Source of the DNA: Craspedostauros australis
Taxonomy: Eukaryota
Assembly: GCA_030167865.1 (NCBI GenBank)
Contig: JALAGF010000714.1
Coordinates: 1 to 64,000 of the forward strand
Direction: 5' to 3'
DNA: 64,000 nt
Every line of letters begins with the position of its first letter. Position 1 is the stretch's first letter. The notes beneath the pieces are model-generated. The model made no database searches, had not been told where the DNA came from, and saw only the letters and a program-made list of their open reading frames with translations. A program made the position numbers and the translations under genes. Shown here in pieces: positions 1 through 11,448 of this stretch.

Positions 1-1568
1 GCGGTCGTCACCATGCCAACAGATTTGCACACAGAGCAATCTACTCCAAGTCACACACTGCCAAGCCGATTCAAAGCTACAGTGCTGATGCCAGCCGATC
101 CAAGTTTCTGGAAGAGGCGATCTACGAAGAGCACATGGCGAACAAGGCAGAGGGAAATGGTGAGAAGCCGCGAGGACCATGGGTGCTGCGCGCTTCCATC
201 GACCGTCCCGTATCACGCTATCGTTCTCATCTCTTCATGAGTTGCACTCTCGCCATTGCGCCAAAGCTACAGTCGAGGCCCTCACCAAGTCCCAGGAGGA
301 GTGATCACTCACTGTTGGAGCAACAAATGCCAGGGTCACCATCCATGCCGATCTTCGAAGCGAGCAGTGCCAGCATGGCGGAAAGACAAGAACCGACGAG
401 CCAGCCCAGTCCAAGCATCCAGAGAGCTTGACGAGCAAAAGAAGAAACCAACCAGCAACACTGTGCAGAGTGCGAGTGCCGTATTGCGGATCATGGTTGA
501 CACAGAGTTCCAAAAGGCACAAGAAGCACACGGTCAGCGATCCATGGCCCATTCGCGCCATATTCCCACATGTCCTCCTTCGTGGTGCTCCCAACTTCGT
601 TCGTGAGGTGGATGTTCCTGTCGATCGCCTCGGTCGAGCATCGATGCTCTGGAAGTCACGAGCCAAGACGGCGGCACTCATGCCTATTGATAGAATGCGC
701 ATGGTGTTGTGTGTTGGTGGTCCGTGTGGCAGGAACAGTGGAGGCGGCACGGTATCACTCCGCCTGATGCTTGCTGGACGTGTCAACTCATCCCCAATAT
801 GCAATGTGGTGTTGGTTGGATGTGGAGGACTCTTGTTGCCCGCGCAGATGGTGATGGTTACAATGCAGTGGGATGGCAACCAGTCAAATCCAAATGAGAT
901 GAGTCGCAACCAACACAGGCAATCAACAAAGGCAGTCACATTGGTGGCTTCATCGGTGGCTTCATCGCTGTTCAAGGCATTGGCTCACACCTCAAGTTGG
1001 TGCTTGCGATGGCAGGCGGACGAGGGTCAGCGGTCTTGCAGATGCCACGATGACGCAAGCAAGTGTGGGCCATGGTGCACATGGTGGTGGCGGCGGTGGT
1101 GGCGACGATGACAGCTCTCTGTGTTTCCGAAGACTTCCACGTTGTTTGCTTCGGATTGGTGTTGCGTTGATTGTGGCCAAAAGAGAACTCTGTTGTGGTG
1201 CTTCTTTCTTGTTGTTGGTCGCACGCATTTTCGTGATGGATGGGAACAGAAAGATCCAATCCGCGCGAACCAGACGCGTTTGATCAAGAGAAGGAGACAA
1301 ACACAGGCAAACAGAAGGAGGAGACCATGCGAACAAGACAACAACACACACATCACTCAACCCCACACTCAACCACGTGAACAACAGACATCGAATTGCC
1401 ACTCATATTCATCACACAGCGTATGGTGCTCATGCTCATACTAATACAAGCTGTTGCATACACAAACATCGATATCTCTTCCATAGGCAGCTCCGACCAC
1501 AGACATCCTCGACAGCCAATCCAACGTAAATCGTCCAGCAACCATCGACCATCCACCATCCTCTCAAA

Positions 1569-2705
1569 ATGCCGAATGCTACGAACAAACAGCTCCGTGA
1601 TGCAGCCAAGGCAGGTGACTTGTTGGTGTTGAAGGAATGGAAGAAGCAGAGCACGACACAGAATGAAGGAGTTGATGTCAACTGCAAAGACAGCGATGGT
1701 TGGACTCCCCTTCATTGGGCATGCTACAACGGCCACCTGGAGTGTGTGAAGTACCTCATCGAATCATGCGAGGCGAACATCAACTGCAAAGACAGCGATG
1801 GTTCCACTCCCCTTCATGATGCATGCTACAACGGCCACCTGGAGTGTGTGAAGTACCTCATCGAATCATGTGAGGCGAACATCAACTGCAAAGACAGCGA
1901 TGGTTCCACTCCCCTTCATGATGCATGCTACAACGGCCACCTGGAGTGTGTGAAGTACCTCATCGAATCATGTGAGGCGAACATCAACTGCGAAGACGAC
2001 AATATTTCCACTCCCCTTCATTGGGCGTGCTATTCTGGCCACTTGGAGTGTGTGAAGTACCTCATCGAATCATGTGAGGCGAACATCAACTGCAAAACCA
2101 ACGATAGCGATACCCCCCTTCATGACGCTTGCCACAACGGCCACCTGGAGTGTGTGAAGTACCTCATCGAATCATGTGGGGCGAACATCAACTGCAAAAC
2201 CAACGACGGCTCCAGTCCCCTTCATCGGGCATGCCGGAACGGCCACCTGGAGTGTGTGAAGTATCTCATCGAATCATGTGAGGCGAACATCAACTGCAAA
2301 GACAACCATGGAAACACTCCCCTTCATGTGGCATGCATTTATGACCAGCTGGAGTGTGTGAAGTACCTCATCGAATCAGGTGGGGCCGACGCCAACTGCG
2401 AAAACAACGATGGTTCCACTCCCCTTCGTTGGGCATGCCACAACGGCAAGCTGGAGTGTATCGAGTCCGTCATTAGAGGACTTTCGCCTTCAGTTCACCC
2501 ACAAGTGCAACGACGCTTCCAACAAAACGAACAAGAGAATGAACATCCGCAACAACAGGTGAGACAGCAGTTGAAGCGAAAGAAGCAAGAGAATGAACAA
2601 CAACAACAACAACAACAACAGTCGAGACACCAGTTGAAGCGGAAGAAGCAAGAGAATGAACACAAGCACAGTAGCCACAAGAGGACCAACATCAGCATTG
2701 GATAA
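1569..2705 (+). CDS. Ankyrin-repeat protein (378 aa) with 8 near-identical 34-aa repeats and a Gln-rich basic tail
   Basis: Repeated G-x-TPLH-x-AC-x-x-GHLECVKYLIE ankyrin consensus; tail contains QLKRKKQENE twice (NLS-like). Confidence 0.9.
   Translation: MPNATNKQLRDAAKAGDLLVLKEWKKQSTTQNEGVDVNCKDSDGWTPLHWACYNGHLECVKYLIESCEANINCKDSDGSTPLHDACYNGHLECVKYLIESCEANINCKDSDGSTPLHDACYNGHLECVKYLIESCEANINCEDDNISTPLHWACYSGHLECVKYLIESCEANINCKTNDSDTPLHDACHNGHLECVKYLIESCGANINCKTNDGSSPLHRACRNGHLECVKYLIESCEANINCKDNHGNTPLHVACIYDQLECVKYLIESGGADANCENNDGSTPLRWACHNGKLECIESVIRGLSPSVHPQVQRRFQQNEQENEHPQQQVRQQLKRKKQENEQQQQQQQQSRHQLKRKKQENEHKHSSHKRTNISIG
1677..2465 (+). repeat. 102-bp coding tandem repeat, 8 units (last one partial)
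   Basis: Units start at 1677, 1779, 1881, 1983, 2085, 2187, 2289 and 2391; the core ggccacctggagtgtgtgaagtacctcatcgaatcatg is almost invariant. Confidence 0.95.
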
Positions 2706-2975
2706 GACTAGCTCAGATCCTTCCAAACGGAGAACAGGACAGACACCATCTTCTTGTGTGGACAGGGCGACGAGCAGCAACCAATCAAGGCAAACAGCGG
2801 AGTCCTCATGATCACTGTCCCATCCATTGAGACACTGATCGACAAGGGAATCCAACATCAATGCGCGAATGATGGCGCCCATGATGGCTCTCACGATAGA
2901 ACTGAACTCTCCCAGTCTTCAACCAAAACACGTCCGATACGTCCTCCAATGCATCTACACAGGCGAGATATCCTT
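2706..2975 (+). pseudogene. Disrupted BTB/POZ domain continuing the ankyrin ORF
   Basis: The ankyrin frame reads through TAA-GAC-TAG into LRSFQTENRTDTIFLCGQGDEQQPIKANSGVLMITVPSIETLID, then a frameshift gives LTIELNSPSLQPKHVRYVLQCIYTGEI; both halves resemble the BTB consensus. Confidence 0.65.
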
Positions 2976-4139
2976 CAACAACAACACTCATGACGACACC
3001 GATGATGATGACGCAAACCAGCATCTCTTCATGCAACGCAACTCTGTTCGATGATGGCAATGGCGATGGTGACCACTCCAACGGCGCCGTTTCCATACAC
3101 ATTGATACCACCAACACCAACAATCAGACGAGATGATGAGGCATCGACATCCAAGAGGCATTGTGGGAAGGCTCGCCAGTTTCTCCGCACCTTGACCCAC
3201 CCGTCGTGCGACTATGAGTATGGAAGCTTCCATGAGGACGATCTACTCTGGGAGTTGCCACAGCAAAGTGTCCAGCCTGGTGCTCTGTTCGAACCTTCGT
3301 GCGGTCATGATGATCGAAGTTGCTGGAAGAGGACGGTGTGAGACCACCGGGTCCGTGCGCTGCCGTGAGAAGGCACACACGCACACACGCACACACGCAC
3401 ACACATTGTCAGCATACCATACTCGGAATGCCGGCAGAACACAACAGTCGCAAACGTGGCATCGCGCAGTGCAGCGACAGACTTTGGCGGTCCTGCGTGT
3501 GGACATCAAGGCTGCGAAGCTGCTGAAACAAGTGCTGCCAATGACATGCGACGCTGCATTTCACCGCATCTATTGCATCGATCAACCGCAACAACGGGTC
3601 CGGCGCGAATGAAGCCGGCGCCACTGAATCCATCATGCATCGACACTCAACTGCCACAGACGACGCTGATGCCAGCGCCGATGGCAGTGGTGGAATGAAG
3701 AACCAGACGCAGTAAGTGCGCCAAAGGCGTCTCGAGATGCAATACCTACGACCTAGTCGTACAACTATGATGGTTGGCAGAAGACGGAGACGTTCCCGTG
3801 GGGGCTGCTTCTGCGTCCCATGAACAACGCGCAGTCAGCCGCAATGCTGTGCGCGCAAACCACACGATGAATGAGAGTACTAGATATGTACCAGCGTGGT
3901 ATTTACTGATCCTGTTCGCTGATTCTATTTGAGTACACGAGTATGATAGAGTATTGTTGTATTGTATGTACGATACTACGATATGCTGCTCTATCGTATG
4001 CAAATAGAGTGGTTCGTTTATTTCTTCTTGGGTTCAGTTCGACACTAGTGGTTGCTTCGTTCAGATTGCCTCTTGTCACCTGCTCCAACAATACCCACTG
4101 CCGCTCCACCATTACGGGTACGCACCATACACCAGCCGC

Positions 4140-5672
4140 CTACCGCAGATCGAAATCATCATCTGATAGATCATCCGAGTCATCTCCGTCGCCAAAGTCC
4201 AACGCATCGAGCTCGTCCTGCAGAGCATTCTGGTCGACGGCATCCGCTGCGGCGCCATCCACTTCGTATCCCGTCTTTTGGGCCGCCAGTTCGCCGAGGG
4301 ACATCTGCGCTTGCTTTTCTGCCGTCTTGCTCTTGCTGGCGCCCGTGGAATCGCCAAAGGTCTCCGCAACACCCCGTCTGGCCACGCCCGACAGACGTAG
4401 AAATGACACGAGCTCTTTCATGGTCGGTGTCAAGTTGCCGATCGCCGCCCTGTTGGGGCCGGTGGGCGAACGCGCCTCCTCCAGGGCATCGCCGTCGCGC
4501 ATCTTGATTGCCCGGAACAGCTCCTCTCCCAGCTTGCATTCACGCGACTGCAAGTATGCCGTCTTTTGCACGTGGCGGTTCAGGAATTCCTGCTCGGCCG
4601 CCACGGGGTCACCCATGGCCAGCGTGATGATGGTCTCGACGATGAAGGCGCGCGACAAGGTCAGCGAGCTCAGATTCTCTCTGTCCAAGATGGTGGAGGC
4701 GGCACCGGCGGCATACAATGCCGATGCGTATTCACCAAAGTCCACCAGCATGTTGATCATCTCCTGCACCGGTTCGTGCGCGTACGGTCTGTCGACGACG
4801 TGGTTCCTGGCAAGCTCCAATGTTTCCGGCGTTGGGTTGGTCGCGGTCTCCTCCGTCTCTGGGTTGATGTAAGAAGAAATTCCGGTCTGGCGGTACCTCG
4901 CGTACGGGTTGACAGGATCCGGCACGTGCGCCTCGATGGCCTCCTCGAGGGCCTCCAGAGCGACCTTCGGCAGCATGGCCGCCTCATCTCCCCAGATGAG
5001 CGCGATGGCAGCCTGGACCTTGCTGCTGGCGGCCTTGCTAGGCTCGTTCATTTGCGTGAAGGCCTTGGACGAATCCAGGTGCAGCTTGCGACCGATCTCG
5101 CGACACCGCTCCAGGCTCTCCGTGTTGGTGCCGTCGTCGAGGCTGTCCTTGATAATCTCCGCGGCTCGCGTGTACTCCGCTGCGGCCGTGGCGTAGGCCC
5201 CCGACATCATCTGACAATCCCCGCTGGACATGCGGCAGTTGCGCTCCAGCACGGTCTCGCCGCACAGCTGGTAGGCATCGGCCGCGCGCTTGTAGTACGT
5301 GGAAGCCGCCAGCGGGTCCGCCTTGGAGAAGAGACCGCGTTGCATGGCCTTCTTGGCCTTGTCCTGGTACTCCTTGGCATCCTTCATCTTGAGGTCCTTG
5401 GCCTCTCCTTGCAGAGATGGCCGCGGCGCCTTCTTCTTGGACGACGTGCGCGCACCGTACTGGTACCCGCTGGATGGCGGCGCAGTCGTCGTGACAGCCG
5501 TGGAGGTGGTGGCCGCCGTCATTCCCGATCGGGTCGAGCTTCCGCCGCGGGAGGCACCGGCGAACAGCGAGTCGCGGTCTGCCTTTGCGGATGCCTTTTT
5601 CTTCTTCGATCCGCCGCCCATCGATCCGAACAACGCATCGCGGTTGGCCTCATTGTTCTGCTTGTAGCTCAT
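4140..5672 (-). CDS. NAPG: Soluble NSF attachment protein, gamma-SNAP-like (510 aa)
   Basis: AKKAMQRGLFSKADPLAASTYYKRAADAY at the start of the helical region, LAMGDPVAAE...YLQSRECKLGEELFRA near the end, and an acidic tail ending DFDLR. Confidence 0.75.
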   Translation of the reverse strand: MSYKQNNEANRDALFGSMGGGSKKKKASAKADRDSLFAGASRGGSSTRSGMTAATTSTAVTTTAPPSSGYQYGARTSSKKKAPRPSLQGEAKDLKMKDAKEYQDKAKKAMQRGLFSKADPLAASTYYKRAADAYQLCGETVLERNCRMSSGDCQMMSGAYATAAAEYTRAAEIIKDSLDDGTNTESLERCREIGRKLHLDSSKAFTQMNEPSKAASSKVQAAIALIWGDEAAMLPKVALEALEEAIEAHVPDPVNPYARYRQTGISSYINPETEETATNPTPETLELARNHVVDRPYAHEPVQEMINMLVDFGEYASALYAAGAASTILDRENLSSLTLSRAFIVETIITLAMGDPVAAEQEFLNRHVQKTAYLQSRECKLGEELFRAIKMRDGDALEEARSPTGPNRAAIGNLTPTMKELVSFLRLSGVARRGVAETFGDSTGASKSKTAEKQAQMSLGELAAQKTGYEVDGAAADAVDQNALQDELDALDFGDGDDSDDLSDDDFDLR

Positions 5673-6346
5673 GCTGGTATCGTGCTTCTGTCGTTGACAA
5701 TGCTATGATGTTATTGATGTTGTTGATGCTGTGGGAGTGATGAGAGTGATGCCAGTGGCCAAACGTATCCTCTCTATGATAATATTCTACTCGCTATGAG
5801 CGGCTTGTGCGAGTATGATCCGTGGAGGTGGAGCCGTTCCGCTCTCTCTCTCTCTCCTGGGATCTTTGCGTTCCGGACACTGTTTCGTGATGTGAAAGGT
5901 TCTGTTGTGGTCTTTCGTTGTGACCGTAGTGTCACGTCATGGTTGTTGTGGGAGATCGTGTTTCGTACTCCTGCGTGTTGTTTCGTTTCTTCATGGAGTT
6001 TCGCCAGTTCGCATCTTCAAGCAATGGTCGAGTGGGTCGACTCGAAGTCCCACGAAACAACAACCTCCATTTGGATCACGACAAACAACGCAATGCAACA
6101 CGACACGACATTCCACGATCGTGGAACAACAACGAAGCACGAACAAACGCTGTCGAAGTGAGATGGCCATGGCGCTTTCTTTGCAGTTCATTTCTCACAC
6201 TCCATTGCCCGCCAGCTCCACAACTATTACACTCGCTTCCATTCGCCACCTGTGACAACCTCAACCCACGACAATCCCCATCTCATCATCTGTCATCGAT
6301 CCTTCCAAGCAAGGCAAGAGAGACAACGGAATAGCGGCTCGCGACG

Positions 6347-7264
6347 ATGCCAGAACGACGCGTCACAAGAACCAACAGCGGATCGGGTGATCCAGCATCG
6401 CTGGGACTGGCTTCACCGCCGTCATCCGGCAATTCGAATGGACTGCAGCTGCCGAATGGATCCAACGGCGATGCGCCGCGCAACGTCGGTCGGCGAAGGC
6501 GCAATCCACTCGTCGCGGCATCCAACAAGGCCTTCAATCCCAAGCTCATCTTTTCGCAGATCGTCGCCATGCAGTGTCTGCATTACGTCGTGCTGGGATT
6601 CTTCTTCGGCGTCAACAACCTGCTCTACGGCAATTCCATCACCATCGACCGGATATTCACAGACAGGTACCTCAATTTATGGTCCATCGGTGGATGGGCG
6701 GACAATTTCGCCGTCGTTCTCAGTTGTCTTTGCGGGTAAGTGGGGGGAACGGCAAGAATGCAAATCACACGGCAGTGCCAGTTGCTTCTGGTGACGCTGA
6801 TGTTGGCGTGTCAGCATGGATGGTGGCTCTATCGTATCACGGGCATTGTTTCATGCAATGCAATGAAGGGAGATGTTAATGCCACCGGCGGCTTGAGAGT
6901 GGTCGCAACCTGCTGTTGGCTTGGTGTGATGGGTGCTCTACACCGCATATGTTGCTCACATGAAGAAACCAATTGCTTACAACTTCTCTCGCTTCTCTCC
7001 TTCACAATACAACACGCCATGCCATGCATACCATGGAACAGATCCGTTCTGCTCGCCATCATTGTGGAAAAATCAAAGAAATGTCTGGACTTCTGCGTCA
7101 CGCTCTTCCTCATCCATCTCCTGGTGTGCACGCTGTACAATGGCATACCAGCGACGTGGGATTGGTGGATCATTCACATATTCAGCACAATCGCAATGAT
7201 ATTGCTGGGGGAGTACGTCTGCAGTCAAAGGGAGCTGGATGAAATTCCGCTGCTGCAATTTTAG
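6347..7264 (+). CDS. SYS1: SYS1 Golgi integral membrane trafficking protein; exons 6347-6735 and 7042-7264 (203 aa)
   Basis: FNPKLIFSQIVAMQCLHY, IVEKSKKCLDF, PATWDWW and LLGEYVCSQRELDEIP motifs; a GTAAGT...CAG intron at 6736-7041 joins the two frames. Confidence 0.92.
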
Positions 7265-8063
7265 CAATGGCACGTGGTGCACATGCTGTGGCAGACTGCT
7301 CTGCTCGACCCTTCTCTGCTCTGCTTGCTTTCGATTAGGGCAGAGCATTCCTTCTTCGTCATGCACATACTCTTGGGAAAAGCACTGCTCTAAGAGTACT
7401 CTACACAGTTGCGCATCGGATGTGGCAAGGATTCCACAATGGGAAACCAACTGGTCGGGAGCATTGATGCATCCATACGCGTACATTGACGACAGACCAA
7501 GACAGAAAACAATTTGCGAGAGTATCCCAAGTGGAGCAAACAAAGTGAAGCAGAAACGAAAAGTGCACAGAGATTTGATTCGCGCTTTTCATGGTTGCCA
7601 AAGATAGAGAGGATGCGTCCGTTGCTTCTTCCCCGCTGTCTCTCTCTCGCTCTCTTGTATCCAGGCATTGTGGGAAAGGCAACTGAAAATGCATCAGGCG
7701 AATGCTAGGATATGATTGGCACCCCTGTTGAGTATATGTATCTGCATGCATGTGAAACGGAACGATGCTTACTCGTATTGTTGTTGCTGTGCCGTCTCCA
7801 TTCCACAACTAGCTTCAAAGTGTGTAGCCCACATGGCGCGCTTGTTCGATCAGTGTTTCATCGAGTCCCGGGAACCAAGACAAGACAAGTTTCTTGTTGT
7901 GTTGGCATCAGCTGCCACATTTGGAGGACCATGGAAGGCACAACCACAGCGCAACGCAACGCACATGGCAGCAGCCCAATCTGATCCCATAGCCGTACTT
8001 GACGATCCCCTCCCAAACCATTGGCATTGGCATTGGCATTGGCATTCACACAACTCCACCGCC

Positions 8064-8678
8064 ATGATGACAACGATAACGATGATGACGATGACGCAAT
8101 CTGGGCGCTCAATACCCAAATCAAACACTGTCGGCCTTCCATTGGCACGTTTCGGTCAAAGATTCTTCGCGTTGCTCTCAGTGTTGATGGTCACATCATG
8201 CCTCACGCAGCAGGCAACCGCACTACAGCTGACACCACAGACCACACCCGAATCCGTCGTGCGATCGCAGCTGGATGCGTTGCAGATCGATGATATCTAC
8301 GAGGTGTTCAAGTACGCGTCGCCCAGCAACAAGGCCATGACGGGACCGTGGCAGCGGTTCAGCGAGATGGTGCGATCACCCCCGTACCACCATCTGGTGG
8401 GGCATGCCAGAGCCAACGTTGTGCTGGAAGTTCGATCGAAGATGGCGCCGGACTGCTGGGGTGGTCTCGTCCAGGTTCTTCCGCCTTTCATCGAACAAGC
8501 TTCGGATGACGCCGATATCGACTCGGATAGTAACAGTAACGGCGATGGCGTGAACAGCAGCACAATGACTACGGCAGCGACATCACGATCAGTGGAGTTC
8601 TGGTGGTATCTATCACGGTGCACCGAGGGCCCCTACGCTGGATGCTACATGGTAGATTCTGTAAAGCCGAAGAGATAA
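8064..8678 (+). CDS. DUF4864-like protein with an N-terminal hydrophobic signal; start codon uncertain
   Basis: TPESVVRSQLDALQ...FKYASPSNKAMTGPWQRFSEMVRSPPYHHL and C-terminal GPYAGCYMVDSV; hydrophobic FFALLSVLMVTSCL upstream. Confidence 0.7.
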   Translation: MMTTITMMTMTQSGRSIPKSNTVGLPLARFGQRFFALLSVLMVTSCLTQQATALQLTPQTTPESVVRSQLDALQIDDIYEVFKYASPSNKAMTGPWQRFSEMVRSPPYHHLVGHARANVVLEVRSKMAPDCWGGLVQVLPPFIEQASDDADIDSDSNSNGDGVNSSTMTTAATSRSVEFWWYLSRCTEGPYAGCYMVDSVKPKR

Positions 8679-9083
8679 CGACACTCTCATCGATTCCTCA
8701 TCGCATTCTCAACGTCAACGGCTGGCGGTGTTGTCAGTGTCCCCTTCGAAGTATGGCTGTGTACTAGTACGATACAGCTACAACTTCGAGTCCATTGCTA
8801 AATGGTGTGTGCTGCAGTAGAGTAGTCCACGTGGTGAGCAAGAAGAAAGACCTAAACATTTCTTCAGGGCTGTTGTTCGGCAACGATGGCATTGCGGCGG
8901 CAGCTCAGACAAAGCAATCTGTGGATGCCCCATTCTACGACTCTACTAATTTATCTGGAGGAAGGGGAAAAGAAATGTGTATCTGGTTAAGAAACACAGC
9001 ATCATCAGCAACAGCAGCAGAAGAAGCCGCAAGTAGGTCAGCACCAACATTCTAGTGCGTATCGTGCTCAACTCAACTCTGCT

Positions 9084-10511
9084 CTATGATACTTCGCGTT
9101 TCCACATTTGATGCTTCCTCCAGACGTACGAGCATTCTTCATGCACGATAGCATGACGGCGTGCCAACGCATCGACATCCTTGTCGTACCCACCTCCAAC
9201 AACAGCGGCCACGGGAATGCCCGATGACACGCATCGATCCAGCACCCATCGATCGCGTTGTCGGATGCCAGATTCGGAAACCTTCAGCCGCCCAAGCTTG
9301 TCGTGCTCGTAGACGTCCACGCCGGCATCATAGAACACAAAGTCGGGCCGGACCTCGGTGATGGCGCGTTCGACGTTCGTTGTCAGCGCCTCCATGTACT
9401 CGTCGTCGGTACAGCCATCGTGAAGACCGATGTCGTACGTCGAATGCGCCTTCAACCGCGGATAGTTGGATGCGCAGTGCATGCTCAAGGTGAACAACCG
9501 ATCCTTGAGCGCGTCATCATCGCCGTCCTTCCATTGCGTGGAGAACTTGGCAGTGCCATCCCCTTGATGAACATCGCAGTCCACGACAAGCACGCGGTCG
9601 ATGTGCGGTACGGATCCGCGGTGGAGATCCGCGTTGATCAGAAAGTTGGTGGCCACGGCAAAGTCGTTCAATATCGTGTAACCTGCACCCCCGGCGGGGT
9701 GCGCATGATGCGTGCCGCCGGCCACGTTGCCTGCGATGCCGTGCTTGCATGCCAGCTGTGCCGTCAGGATGGTGCCCGCAACTTCCAGCACCGTGCGTTC
9801 GATCAGCTCTGGTCGGCCGGCCTGGTCCCGAAATCCAATGTAACGCGCCTCCTGCACGGATAGCTTGCTGTCCAAGAACCGATCTACGAAGTCTTCGTCG
9901 ATAATGTCGAACCACTCACGAGGCACGTCGTTGAAATTCAGCGTGCGGAAGAAATGATCCTCCTGTCGCACCAGCGGTCGGGGTAGGGTCGATGTCGCGA
10001 CGGTCTTGAAACTCGTGGACATCAATGCATGCGCGATGCGATGGAACTTGTCCATTGGAAACGTATGGTTCGGTGGCCAATCGGCGAAAGAATAGTTCTC
10101 GTGGTACACCAAGGGTGCATGGAAGCGGTTTGTTACCGGATCCAAGCCGAGACGGGACGTTGCCAATCCATCGAAATCCACATGATTTGGGATCCAACTC
10201 TGCGAAGAGCATCGCTGGGATGCTGTTGGAACCGATGTCGTTGCCGATCCTTCCGATGGGCGAGCCGATGTACCGACAGAACTCAGTGCTCGCACCTGCT
10301 GTTGCTGCAAGCATTCAAGCGTCGATGAATTTGATCCTGTTCTTGTCGGTATCGATGACGTTACCGTTGATAGAGATGACGACGCTGCCCATGATGATGG
10401 ATGCAGGCATCGAATCGATCGTTTCGATGATGGTATCTGGAAGCAAGTAGCGGTCTTGCCACGCCCAACGAATGATGCAGCGACGAGGCTGAGGTTGGCG
10501 AGTTGGAGCAT
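9084..10511 (-). CDS. Zn-dependent histone deacetylase-family lysine deacylase (class IV/bacterial-like) with an organellar presequence
   Basis: HTFPMDKF, GGTHHA, ILND, DCDVHQGDGT, DAGVD..DKLGRL and GGGY motifs; first in-frame ATG at 10511. Confidence 0.9.
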   Translation of the reverse strand: MLQLANLSLVAASFVGRGKTATCFQIPSSKRSIRCLHPSSWAASSSLSTVTSSIPTRTGSNSSTLECLQQQQVRALSSVGTSARPSEGSATTSVPTASQRCSSQSWIPNHVDFDGLATSRLGLDPVTNRFHAPLVYHENYSFADWPPNHTFPMDKFHRIAHALMSTSFKTVATSTLPRPLVRQEDHFFRTLNFNDVPREWFDIIDEDFVDRFLDSKLSVQEARYIGFRDQAGRPELIERTVLEVAGTILTAQLACKHGIAGNVAGGTHHAHPAGGAGYTILNDFAVATNFLINADLHRGSVPHIDRVLVVDCDVHQGDGTAKFSTQWKDGDDDALKDRLFTLSMHCASNYPRLKAHSTYDIGLHDGCTDDEYMEALTTNVERAITEVRPDFVFYDAGVDVYEHDKLGRLKVSESGIRQRDRWVLDRCVSSGIPVAAVVGGGYDKDVDALARRHAIVHEECSYVWRKHQMWKREVS

Positions 10512-11448
10512 GTGTGTAGGAACAAAGGTGAACGCGAAGACCGCGTGGTCCAAACCGATCTGCTCTGATGTGGTTTGATGCGATGTGATTGCTGCACCTT
10601 CGCCGATGGTTCGATCGATCAATCAATCGCACTCGCACGCAGGAGGACAGTGTTCCAAGAGTTGGATTGTTGATGTCGCCTGATCTTGGTACGAATCAAA
10701 CAAGCTCACCAAAAACGCCCGCACCACGCGACCACTCGTCGGTATGTCCAAGAACACGAAAAGTCACAGCGATGCTCGTCAGAGAATGTGCAATCGTAGC
10801 AAGAAGGTGATGTGCGAGTGCGTCAGAGTTCCTCTTTGGTGGGTGCGACAGATGTGTCTTGTGATGTGTTGATGTGTTGATGGTTGGTGCCAAGAATGTG
10901 CCAATGCCATCAAGAGAGAAATCATGACGCAGCTCGGTTCTGATTGACGTGCGTGATCGATGTCTGGTCATTATTCACGTGAGATTCAGTACTACGCGAG
11001 GGAGAACACGAAGACATCATCTTTGGGACTGCGTGTCGCAGTTGATGCTGCCTTGGTTGTCACAAAACCCTTAAGTGTGGTGTGACGTGTTGAAGTGTTT
11101 TGGAAACGGAAAGCAATGACAACAGAGGAACACAAAACAATTCCACTGATGTGAGATGTCAACGTCCACAAGTGGCTGGAAGAAGAAGAGAGACATCAAC
11201 ATCATTGACACCACCCTTCCTTCTTCTTGTGTTGCGCCACCACCGGCTCGTGCCTTGTCCTTGTACTTCGTTCCATCCTCGGCATCATCCCAAGTTTTTT
11301 CCTTCCTTTTGTTTCTTCTTTGTTGCTTCGCCCCTTTGCATCCTGGATTGATTGATCGATTGATCGATTGATCGGGCTGTTCTTATGGTTACCAAGCCAA
11401 CACAGGAGGAAGGAGAAGAACGGAGTGCTCTTGCGTGAAGCATCTGCG

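Noticed and set aside
1-1500. Several 100-250 aa ORFs on both strands
   Set aside because: No recognisable motif or consistent frame; could be a decayed gene but cannot be supported.
1677-2465. Constant/variable alternation resembling CRISPR or a diversity-generating cassette
   Set aside because: Exact 102-bp period encoding ankyrin repeats; no reverse transcriptase or template repeat seen.
2703-2711. TAA and TAG in frame as a sign of stop-codon reassignment
   Set aside because: TAA and TAG terminate many intact genes in the window and a frameshift follows, so decay is the simpler explanation.
3943-5708. Long plus-strand ORFs (309 and 380 aa)
   Set aside because: Antisense shadows of the gamma-SNAP gene caused by GC3 codon bias; no motifs.
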